Below, piece by piece: positions 12,216 through 23,500 of a stretch of 64,000 bases of DNA. A model generated the notes under the pieces. That model worked only from the letters and a program-made list of their open reading frames with translations. It made no database searches and had not been told where the DNA came from. The stretch comes from Tubulanus polymorphus (Eukaryota; Animalia; Nemertea), in NCBI RefSeq assembly GCF_964204645.1, contig NC_134031.1, positions 17,223,807-17,287,806 of the forward strand, written 5' to 3'. Position 1 is the stretch's first letter. Every line of letters begins with the position of its first letter. A program made the position numbers and the translations under genes.

Positions 12216-15200
12216 ATGACCACGAAAAGCGTGAAATTCCAGCGAGAGGTTTCCACATCCTCGTCGAGTAACAAAACACCGAGGATAATATCACCGAGAC
12301 GAAATCGACAGTTTGTGGCTACGAAAATACCGCAACGAAAAATATCGACAGAAGAGGCGGAAGAGCAACAGAAAATGCTGCTGATTGGCTTGTGTTTAAG
12401 ACAGGTAACACTGCGCTTTCCAAAGCCCAGTTTTAGAGCCAGTTCCATCATATTTGTGGTTTAAAGTGTGAGTTTATATTTTTGTAAAATTGAAAAACAT
12501 GTCAAGTCCGACTACAGTCTCTAGATGAACGGACATCAGTTCCATCATAGTTGTGGTGTAAAGTATGACCTCATTCTAAAACGTTTGAAAAAAAAGGCTG
12601 ATTTTAACTTAAGTTAAATTCGTAACGTTTTCATATCTCCGCTACTAACTTAATCAACAACCGTAGTCGTGAGGTTCTCTGGAGACAAAAAGTCACCGCA
12701 TTGTCGCGAATTTGTAATTTTGTTTTTGTTTTACCAGTCGGATGCTGATCGGCTTTATTTCCTTCACATCATTGATTGATAATTTTTGATAACTCTTTTT
12801 TTCAAATTATAGTAATAGACGAATGTCAAACATTTTACACCCCTGCTTTTTTGTCATCATACTCATGGCGTAATCGCTTCCCAGATAGATAACGCACCTC
12901 ATACCTATGACACATTTATATAGAATTGCTATAAAGTTATCAAATTAATGAAATTTTGTTTGAAAACATCTAAAAAATTCAACAGAAAAGGTATTTTTCC
13001 CAGATTTCGTCTGACTGTTACCCAACGCTCGATCGACAACTGGAAGAAACGTCGTTGCTAGTGAACTCGATCACGCTACGTCTGCATTACGAACTCTCTC
13101 GGGACGCCGTCTGCGGACAGATCCTCAAACAAGTCCGACTAGCCGGAGAAACTGCCTACAAGGTCGAAATGATTGACACGTCAACATACGAATGTAGACT
13201 GTTCGTGGAAGAATTCATTTTTCCGAAGATGTTTCGGGTGCGTTAAATTCAAAAGTAAATGCTAAGTAACTGGAGTGTCTCCAGTTACGTACTATGTGGT
13301 GTGTGCGTAGTGAGAATGTGAGTGTATGTGGTGAGGGATTTTAGACCTAAAGCCTTTTTGGCTTTTCTTTAATTCCTCACAAAGATGATTGTTACACTAT
13401 GTAAAAGCTATCGTTTTCTGTTATAATCTATGTACGTACCAATTATCTATGCAAAATCAAAATTAAATCGTACTGATTTGAAATCGTAGTTATTTATTGG
13501 ATGATTTTTCCCCTATTTCATTCGAATTGACTTTCACCTTTTTTCCATTATTGCATGTTTCCTACGAACGTTTGTTTCGAGGGTGCGTAGCTTCGCCGTT
13601 TCATTGTGTTTAATGGATCTTTTCTCAATTGAATTTGTAGATAGAATGTGGCATCACCGATCGAATACCCCTTGGTTTCCTGTGCCATAAATTAAACACC
13701 GACGAGTTGACGGCCGAAGAACGAATAACGGCTCGACTTGTCTGGTCAAATATGCTGAACAGCCAAGGTTACTTGTCGTCGAGAAAACTTTCGAATCGTG
13801 CTTACGCCGGTAAATAAAAAAACAAACCACTTTCAACTTCAATCATAGTTTTAACATTTATCAACATCTTTAGATCGAGATATTTTTAGGGATAAGTTCG
13901 CACAACCGAAACTTGTTCAATTTACCCGAAGCGTGTATTCTCAAAACGTTTTGGTCAATAGAAACTACCAAGTTCTCCATAAGCTAAACTTGTCACCGGT
14001 AATGCGTAATGATTGTTAGCTTTCGGCGAACGTGTTTGTGTGTACAGATGTTTGAATTTTTTTAACCATATCCATTAATATCGAATAGTGACCCGCGGCG
14101 TAACGATCTTGAGGAGAGAAATACGACTCGAATTAATAGCGCAAAATTTGCATATTCAATATCTGTTATCCAAGTAACACACATGAAGTACAAATCTCTT
14201 GGATGGCTTCTCGCTTTTTAAGAAATATAAATTACGTTCTTCCTTTCCGATGGAGTTCTCAGTATCATCTCATTGAATGCGCAAAAACACTGTTGTAGAA
14301 AACTGTTTACCCAAAAGGAGCAATTATTTGTGAAGTGTTACTTGAAAAAATGATTTAATTTCGGACATAAGTTATTTAGCTACGGGCTGATTCTGTTTTG
14401 TTTTATTTGATTCCAGGATTTGTGACGGCCTTAAAAAGAAATGATCTTGCTTCAATAACTCAGTCACACTCGAAAGATTCGAGCGGGCGATTAAAATGGG
14501 TTATTCTCGACACAAAAACGGGCACAAAAATCAACCTTCACGTGATGTTGTCCATCCGAGGAACTGGTGTACTGAAGGGAGTTCGGCTGCAACACGCATT
14601 GCCTCGCCAGATGCCTTATAGCACGATCGGAAAAGAACATTTACGACGTATCACAACACAAATTGAAGACGGTCAGTATATTTGGTACGCCGATTGCACA
14701 AGACCGGCTAGACACAGTTTCGAAAAGCATACGAAACTTGGAATAATCGACAGTTGCTGGACGCTTTATTACGACCCCTTACAAACCGAACTCGTTGCCG
14801 ATACGAAAGCTATCGGTCTTCAATTCACGATCGAAGATTTCGTCAAATTTGTTATTTTACTTAAGTCGAAGTATTCACAACTGCGAGATATTAGCCTTAG
14901 GGTATTTGAAACCGTCGCTCTGTGGCAACACAAGAAACATGGCGCTAAGTGGATGGATTTAGAACCTGTCGATGGCATTATGAATATCATCCAAGCCTGC
15001 CTGTCAGATTTTGAGAATGCCGCATGTCCTGATTTCCTCCAACCGAATCGAAATACGCTTTCCGCGTACTCTAAAGCTACTCTCAAGTCGGCAGCCGATT
15101 GCCTTCGAACATTAGCATCCGATTTTGAAAAGAGACCTCGGTTTTTGATGAGATTTCTGGGCTGCCAAAAACGGCGATACGCATTTCTGAAGGAAGACGA

Positions 15201-15663
15201 ATCGGGCGACGAAGACGACAGCGGTTCAACGACACCAGTCAGCAGCAGCGGCAATGGAAATCACGTGAAAAATATCGATTCAGAACACGAGGAAGTTTTC
15301 ATAGCGGAGCGTCATTCTTTATGTAATGCGAGTGTGGAAAATGTTGAAAACGAAGGATACGTCGCTGAATTTGAAAAGGTGAGCATGTCTAGTTTGGATG
15401 GTCTCCGCGATGTAGGTGACGAAATCAGCGATGAGCCTAATGCAGACGATTCAGAAGTCTTGGAGGAAAACGGTGGTAATTGTGATGATGTTGTTTATGA
15501 ATCCGATTTTAACGAAGAAAATGCCAGCGTTGCAGACGATTCGGGAGTGGAAGAAAATATAGAAATTGTTCGGGAAATTGATGGAGATTTTGATCGTTCA
15601 AACGTTCGCCCCGGCCTTTCGAAAATGGATGAAATCTTCGAAAATGATGCAGCTGTAGACTAG
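12216..15663 (+). CDS. Mab-21/cGAS-like receptor (cGLR)-fold protein, about 612 aa, probably catalytically inactive. Exons 12216-12404, 13004-13237, 13641-13809, 14417-15663
   Basis: Four exons join in frame (phases 0,0,1; 1839 nt) with canonical splice sites. Mab-21 family motifs occur in the right order: spine helix, VRLAGETAYKVEMIDTSTYECRLF (GS...EFD region), PLGF, W...GYLSSRKL (cf. Mab-21 GYLSARKI), INLHVMLSI strand, WTLYYDPLQTEL (WRxSF..E), VKFVILLK...ISLRVFETVALW (LK...SY.LKT..W), KW, CPDFLQPNRNTL (PHYFxPxxNL). Confidence 0.8.
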
Positions 15664-17165
15664 ACCGTATGGAGCATCATCGGCGCGATGCATCATCAAA
15701 GGCGAAGGAAGTGACCGATGTGACCAGGGGGGCAAATTTGTCGACGAGGTTGAATGCGACGATACAGTCGTTATGGCGGCTATACAACCTGAACGAAGAT
15801 TGCTATAATAACCGAAACGATAATAACCGCTGAACGTTGCAATCAAAGACGCCCGACAACTACGAGTTATGATCGAATCAAGCCACAAATGACGAACATT
15901 TGCCCAACTGCACGAACCAGCCGACAGCATCCGGTTCAGACTGTAATATAATAGTAACAAATGTACAACTCGAACGAAACCTCCATAACATTCAGAATCT
16001 GTTAACAAATAAAACGGGACGCGGTCGTATTTCGAGCCATGTTTTAATAATCAAAAGAAAAATAATATCGTTACTCGTTTATGCAATAAAGATTGTTGTA
16101 GTCGATTCCAGTAGTAGTTGTAGCTCGCTCAGTGCGCACACAAACGACCAACCGTAGTCTGCCCGGGGCATCGTACACTGAACACGTAATCACAGAAACT
16201 CTACCCAGCAGGTAGCGGTGACAAATCGAAGCCCGGTGTTCAATCGGAAATGTTACATCTTGCAGGTATAAACGGCGGGAGATTTTCCCAAGATATGAAT
16301 TCGGCGAACTGTTTCGTCGTCATGTGTGGATGGTATCAACTTACTTACTGAAGGCAGGGTGACGATGACCGAATGTATATGTTACATATACGTGAATATT
16401 ATCAGATGTAAACTTGGTAATTAATGTTCTTCTTATCATCGTATAACTACGTTACATTCTACATTCTAAAACGTTTTATTCGGTTACATTCTAAAAGGTC
16501 TAAACGGGATCCTGCTCAAATGACGTTAGCACAACATCGAACCAAATCAAAGCAATTACAACGAATGACATTTGACATTTTTTTTGTATTAAATGAAATG
16601 AATTTATTTCACTGTACATCGTCCACAAAAATTGGATATTTCCTCGACACAATCAGAAGCCAAATCTGAAAAATTTCATTTTTTTTTTCTAAAGTTAACA
16701 ACAGCAAATTTATCTTCATGTCTTACATTTACAAATAACTCCGATAAACAAAAGAAGATTCGTCGTTTATAGTATCGAGAAGGGACACGATTGAAAATAG
16801 AACAAGATGTGATATACATGTATATGTTCGTTTATGCCATTCCGTAATTCGATAACGAAACGCGAATATCATAGAAATAATTAATTCACCGCAATGACAG
16901 TTCCTACTGGAAAATATTTTTATCATTCACTTATCGTTGATTTGGTATCTGTATGGTAAAGGTGGGATATGGCGTATGCTTTAGTGTGTTGTGTATGTGG
17001 CGCGGATGGGTAGAATCGACATATTAAACGATTGTGAAAATTTTTTCTTTATAAAAATAATATATCGTTAAGATCTGTTTCCCGAAATTTAAACATAAAT
17101 CATCACAAATCATACAGAACTGGTGTATGAGTTGGTAAGCGAGGCAGGCGCTGTAGCTTACTCAA

Positions 17166-17504
17166 TTAACCGTATCGGAAAGGCTTCTGGGCGACATGGC
17201 CGTGAGCGCCTGCGCCTACGATCTGATTCCCGAAAGAGCTCAATCTAGTGGCCACGGGGAGAGGTCCCATTGAGGGCCAAAACGAATTCTTTTTTCGTCG
17301 GCTAGTGGTCTCGTCTTCGTATTCGTCTAAAATGTTTTGTAGTTTTCCGACAATGTCTCTGAGAGCTTGGACTTCACTGTTGGACGTACTACGTCTACGT
17401 CTGCTGACCCATCGTCTGACCGGGGCGTCGTCCGTGCGCTCTTCGCAGCTCACGTATACAACGACTACCAATACAGCAAATAACACTCCGTACGCTGATT
17501 TCAT
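17166..17504 (-). CDS. NKY: NKY-type neuropeptide precursor (112 aa)
   Basis: Signal peptide MKSAYGVLFAVLVVVVYVSC, multibasic sites RR, RRRR and RRKK, then a long C-terminal peptide (K)NSFWPSMGPLPVATRLSSFGNQI...KPFRY-G*. The FW..MGPLPV.TRL.SFG..I core and RYamide end match annelid/mollusc NKY peptides as I recall them. A splice acceptor lies just 5' of the ATG (about 17514-17516). Confidence 0.88.
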   Translation of the reverse strand: MKSAYGVLFAVLVVVVYVSCEERTDDAPVRRWVSRRRRSTSNSEVQALRDIVGKLQNILDEYEDETTSRRKKNSFWPSMGPLPVATRLSSFGNQIVGAGAHGHVAQKPFRYG

Positions 17505-20500
17505 CTCGACAGTCTGAAAAAAAGAAAATTAAAGTTTTTCAGACTTTAGGATATAGTTTTTAAGCCTTTAGCTATATCCATGTATCCATGTTCACCGTAC
17601 TCCCCCGGCGAAATTTTTCTTTCGAAAAAAATATGAAAATTGACGATTACGTAGTTTCGTATTTTTTCGCCCTCAATAGCGAAAGGAAAAAACGAGTTTT
17701 CTCGACACTTCGTCGCAAACTGTCTTGGCATGAAACGGTACACTTGCAACTCTCCGAGTCGCTTCTTAAAAAAGATCTCCAAAACGATAAATAATCCAGT
17801 ATGAACACTAGAAGTAGGAGTTGTTCTCAATTCTCAGCTTCAACTTACATGTTTACAAGTGAAGTGAGCGGTGTGTTTCCAGTTCGATAAGGTTTTATTT
17901 CCGTCGTATAACAGATGAACATGCACCTAATCAGAGCTGTTTAGAATATCTAATCACCTGACATTTCGTGGACGGGTGCGTCTGTGTGATCACGGAGGTG
18001 GTGTGATTAATCCCGATTCCTTAATTACGTAATATGTAAGTCTCGTCGGCATGACATGTTTTATCTTCGTAATAACACGCCGCTCGGCTGCGTGCGTGAG
18101 ATGCAGTCTCCCGTAAGTAAAAGTTTACACTATCCAAACAATTTTAATATGTTCAAAGATATGCATCACATTATAATGTCATAAGTTTAAGTTTATTGAT
18201 ATACTACCGTGGTCGTTAATTTCATCGCAGTATATTTCAATACAATGAAATGAATATCAGCGCAAAAAGTGAGTTGATAACAGATTTGACGGACAAACGA
18301 GTTACTAGAAATGCATTTAGACAGCGATGATTTCTTTTAAATTACTGGTCACTCTACAATGACGTCACCAGGGAATCCACAATCTGTCGACCGTGTAAGT
18401 AATCGAGGAACACCACCAAACGGGCAACATTTTCATTTTCCAAAAAATCAACCTTCTATGAATTTCTATCATGTTATAAAAATATCCGTCGTAAAGGCAG
18501 TAGCTACAGACATGCACTGAAGAAACAAAGGCACGAAGGCCTCGGGAGATAAAACCTTTGACAAGTGGATTATCCGACGTTCCCGCACTAACTCATCGTG
18601 GTCGTGAATTTAGCCTTTAATTTAGATGTTCCATTGTCAACGCGGCTCCTCGTGGATTTGATAACATTTTCATCACGCACGATCTATCTATTATTCAGTT
18701 TCCCCATTGTCTTAAATTATGTTTTCGAAATTTTAGATCATCATCCCGGAAGCATTTCATAATTTTCATTTCTTTCTCATCTCAACAGATTCGTCGGCAA
18801 GCAAGTACGACTAAAACACCTTATATACACGTCATACGAGCATAGAACCTATTCGATGTGCTTTGGGGTTATTTTAGACGGCTTTCGCGATGGAAATTGC
18901 TCTCAAAAGCTGTGAAAAATGATATGATCAAAGAGGCTATTGAATCTTTTGACAGTAATTCTAAAAAAGTGGCGATCACAAGAACTGCCGCCGAAGATAG
19001 AGATAATGGTTTTGAAATAGAATAACCCATAATAACCAGTGAAGATAAATGATACGTTTATGTAATTGAAATACAGACAGGCGGCACTGAACCGTATTAT
19101 GTTTCCAGTAGGAGGTTTTTTAACGATTCAGTCGCAAACGACAGCATTAACATTCAACGCGAAGGGCTTCTGAGAACATATTTCGTAGGTGACATTTCAG
19201 TCCTCAAACCGTGACATTATGCACGAAACTGCTATTGGGGAATCGCTGAAACCGTTTCAGCATTGCAGTCAGGCAGTTAATAGGTGCGGATATTATTAAC
19301 TCTGTCTAAAGTGACTTTTGAATTTTAGCTATTCTTGTTAGCGAATCGTGTTCATCGATGATAAGGAAGTAGCGAAGAAATATATTCGCGTGTGCCCTAA
19401 TTTCTAATATTTGTTATTGAATTCTGTATTATTTTTCCATTTCCATTTATCTGTTTGATCTCGGTTGAGTAAAAAAGGATTAAACATCCGCAGTCAAAGT
19501 AACTCTTCGCGTCGTTTCGTCGCACTCGCCGAGCTGCGACACTTTAGGCCGGAAGGCCTCCCAGCAACAGCGAGAAATACAAAATATTGTGGGCATAAAA
19601 GACACAGCCCGAGGAAGAACGGAGAAGTTTTTCCAAATCTCTCAACGGAGATCTAACGGGTGTCGGTTGACAGGAGCTGTGGTCGAAGCAAACGCTTTTT
19701 GATATATATATTATGCGACGAATGAAAAATAATCATTTGGATTAGTGTGTGGCTCCGAAGCGGTTAATCTGATGAACTTATATACTGCTTAGTCCGTTTA
19801 TTAATCAGTCTCGGTAGACATCCATGCGCATGTACGTGAAAGACATGGTTATCCTATTGTTTGCGTGATGTCCATCCGCATGGCTGTGCTAACAAAACAA
19901 ATTCGCCTTGTCCCAATTTGCTTTTTATTTCTCAGAGCGATGTTTGTACTTGTCCTTTTCTTGTCCTAGCGACATGAGTAGTTGGAATACTAACGCAATT
20001 AAGGAGGTAACCGTATACGCACGTCGAGCGAGGTATAATGCAGGGGTATGAACATAGGAAAAATGGAACGGACCCAAACGACTTACATATATATATATAT
20101 TTACATCAACGTGGGCAGTTGGGTAGAAAATCTTTTTGTTTTCATAACGACAGGATCACGATGAACTTATCTCTCATCTCGCGGGAGTTGCGGCCGAATG
20201 CCTTGTTAAAATGTGATCTGGGCCCTTCGAGATTCGCCATGGTTCTCTACTCCTTGCGCATCATAATTCATTTCCTACACAAGTTCTAGATTATAAAGTG
20301 CTGTGTGAATATATCATGGAATATGAGCTGCCCGGTCCGATTTATCAAAAATCCCCAAGTGATCTAAACATACAAGTTATTTTGCGATGCTTGTGTCCAT
20401 ATATATGGTTTCATAAGTTGATTAAACAGGGTATATTATGTGTCAAACGAAAAAGAGAAGCTTTTCCTCAGTTCATGTCCGGTAACCTTTCGCATTACCG

Positions 20501-23500
20501 GTATTTCGGTTTATCTTGACAATTTCTGCAATACGCCGTTTGCTATCGATATGAAAAATCAATAATATCTCAATATTTAGAACACAGCGGAACGGATCTG
20601 CATCGATCTTAATCGGCGATTTATTCATTATCTCTAAAACATCAGCTTCTGAACTATATTATCTATGTCCACTTAGTAATTATCAAAGCAGAGAAGATCT
20701 AAAAATACTGTTCCGGCGGACGAAATGATGGCCGGATAGATGGATGTATGAAGTGCATATACATCCTCGTAATCGGCTTACTACGGACTTGATATTCATT
20801 ATCCCAAACAATGTATGTATATACATACATGTATACGTCGCGATTTAGCCATTTGCAAATTGCCGCCGCAAGATTTTAAACCACGATCATAATGGGTCGA
20901 ATGCAAGTTATCAAAGAGACACCTCTTCACGAAAATAATGCCGTGCATTTTCTTAATAACCCGCTGTATATTTGCTATATCTCGAGGCTGCGACCACCGA
21001 TCCACGACACGCAGCGTTTATGCTCTTAGCTTTTAGCGATAAAATTGATTCCGCGTCGAGTGCTAAACGTCTATACACAAAATTTCGCCCCCATTAAAAA
21101 AAATACCGGCGAAAATGAACCCATGAAAGTTTTCTTCGATGAAAATTGTTGTGCGTTGCAGATTAGCGCGCCGTAGAAAATCTGCCGATCTCAGCGTGTT
21201 GATTGCGTTTACGGTCGCTCGCACGGTTTTTTTAAATTTAAGCAAATAATTCTTCGTTAGAAAAAGAAATATTCGCGTGATAACCGACATTTTGACGTGG
21301 CGCGTATGATCTTCCCGAGAAGCTTTCCGTGAGAGACGAAGAACGATCAGCTTATTTTATGGAGAAAAATTCTCACGACCGGTATACCGAGTAGAGGAAA
21401 ATGGACTTGAAAATCGTTCGTATAAAACCCTCATAATCGCAATAAATCTCCGATTAACGCGGCTTTACTCAAAAATTCATTACATCACGTATTACTAACA
21501 CAATAACGAAGTTATAAAAACCAGGTTGTTATAACGTCAATTAACTGAGTTCATTAAGGATTAATGGCCAAATCGTGATATTTGTTTGGACGACAATATC
21601 CGATATACATGTAGACCCAAGGAGAAGTGGTTTTCAGTGTTGGGACTTGAAAGATGCACAATAAAATGAATGATTTTGATTTGTCCTATTACCTGACATA
21701 TAATTCGAGCTATATGTACGTGAAGCTATTTTTGAGGTGCCGTCTTTCGCCCCAGTTTTAGATAAACTTGTGTCTCGATGACTTGATCGATCTTTGGAGT
21801 TGCGCCAACGTTTTTTTTCGCTTTTCGGAGATTCGTTTCTGTCGCTGTCCGACTTCCGGTGACGGCTCTTTCCGGAATACGTGTGTCACATTGCAAAACA
21901 TTCGTAGTCAAAACGGGATGCAACGTGAAAAGAAAATAGCCCGCAAAAATACTACGATACTACATTCGTCCATTACGGACGCCTAGCAGGCTTATGCTGA
22001 ATGAGATGGAGAGTTCCCCAAAGTTTACCGATTAGAAAAGGAAATCTATAATGAGTGTTTAATGTATTGTCGCATTAACTCTCGGTATTCTAACCGCGTC
22101 CACCTTGTATCGGTCAATGTAGACCCCGCAGGGCGCGGCACTAGCTACCTAACTATACTTAAATATAACATAAGTTACCTGCGGGTATTATTGATGAAAA
22201 CAAAGGACTCTTGTAAACAGATAATCGATGTGGTTTCGAAGAGTTTGGGAAAATTAGCGCTGTCACATTGCACTGCGTATGTTGCAAATAGACTTAAGTA
22301 CGGCCACTCCGTACACTCTACACATAATGACTAGACCAAGATCATGGTTTCAAAAATCGAATTCAAAGTCGAATAGAACAAAAAAGCTTTTTGTCTCTGG
22401 AGATGGACTGAGTTCTGCACGTCTTATCGCGATCTCTGTGTGCAGTCACGTCGATGTCTTAGCGCTGCGAAAGAAAGAACTCTGTCAGTTGGAATTTTGA
22501 CCGGTGAATATAGCAATTATTTCCGTGGTTAGATTAAATTCCTCGACATCATACCGCTGTATATCGATGCGCCGCAATGGCCAAATTTCTCGGAAAATAC
22601 GACTTGTACCTGAGTACATAATTAACGCGCCAGTAGACGCTTCTGTTTATGACCGCAATGTCCAAACTCTCCCCATAAATTGTCTGAATATGTACATATT
22701 AGCTAGGAAATATGGAAAATATCATTTCATTTTCAATTTGATAGATGGGTATTTTATCCTACTGCAAATTGTAGTGAAATTGCCTTAAGTATGCAGCGGT
22801 TTACGCCCCGAAAAAGATAAACGATACATGGAACGAGTTGTATAACGAAATGAATAAATCATATGAAACCACGCAATTTTTAGTGTTCAAAATGAATAGA
22901 AACATCGGTCGTTTGACAAACAAAAATGTTATCGATCAATTTTTCCCCCGTTCATTCATCATATTCTATCTATTTCATTGTTGTCCATACGAGATTGTCT
23001 ATTCACCACCAAAACGAATTGGTCGATTTAGGAACTTGCCACCGATATACGTAGCAATGACTCTAGCACAAATAATATATGATGATATCTTGAGATGATA
23101 TGATGATGAAGCGAGATCAAGTCATCTGCCAGATATAATCTACAATCGATTTTCTGGCAGACGAAACAACCTATCCGTATTGCGTCCATTCAAGTCGTGG
23201 GTGGTTTAACCAAATCCCCGAAACACCGCAAGATGATTACCAACAGTACACAACATGCTAGCTATGTATAATTGGATCGTGGTGTTATACTGGGTTTAAA
23301 AAAAGCCCGTTGTTGCTTTTACGAAATCAAATCACGTCTGCATGCGTGCTTCCGTCGCCACGTAATGTAGGCCTTGATTGTTCACGGTCGTTGACTTCAC
23401 CGACGATTGGATAGTATGAACAAATTTGAAATCAACGGTGTGTCTAAAAACACGACCGCGTGAGACCAGTTAGAAAAAAATATTTTTTTTTCGTCGGAAA

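Noticed and set aside
13874-13998. Open exon-like segment in intron 3 of the Mab-21-like gene
   Set aside because: It ends in phase 0 while the next exon needs phase 1, and the domain aligns continuously without it.
14820-15254. 144-aa minus-strand ORF (and similar antisense ORFs over kazrin, NKY and the GPCR)
   Set aside because: Antisense shadows of real coding exons with no recognisable motifs.
14398-15663. 421-aa ORF as a standalone gene or transposase
   Set aside because: It starts at TTG inside a polypyrimidine tract; it is the last exon (from 14417) of the spliced Mab-21-like gene.
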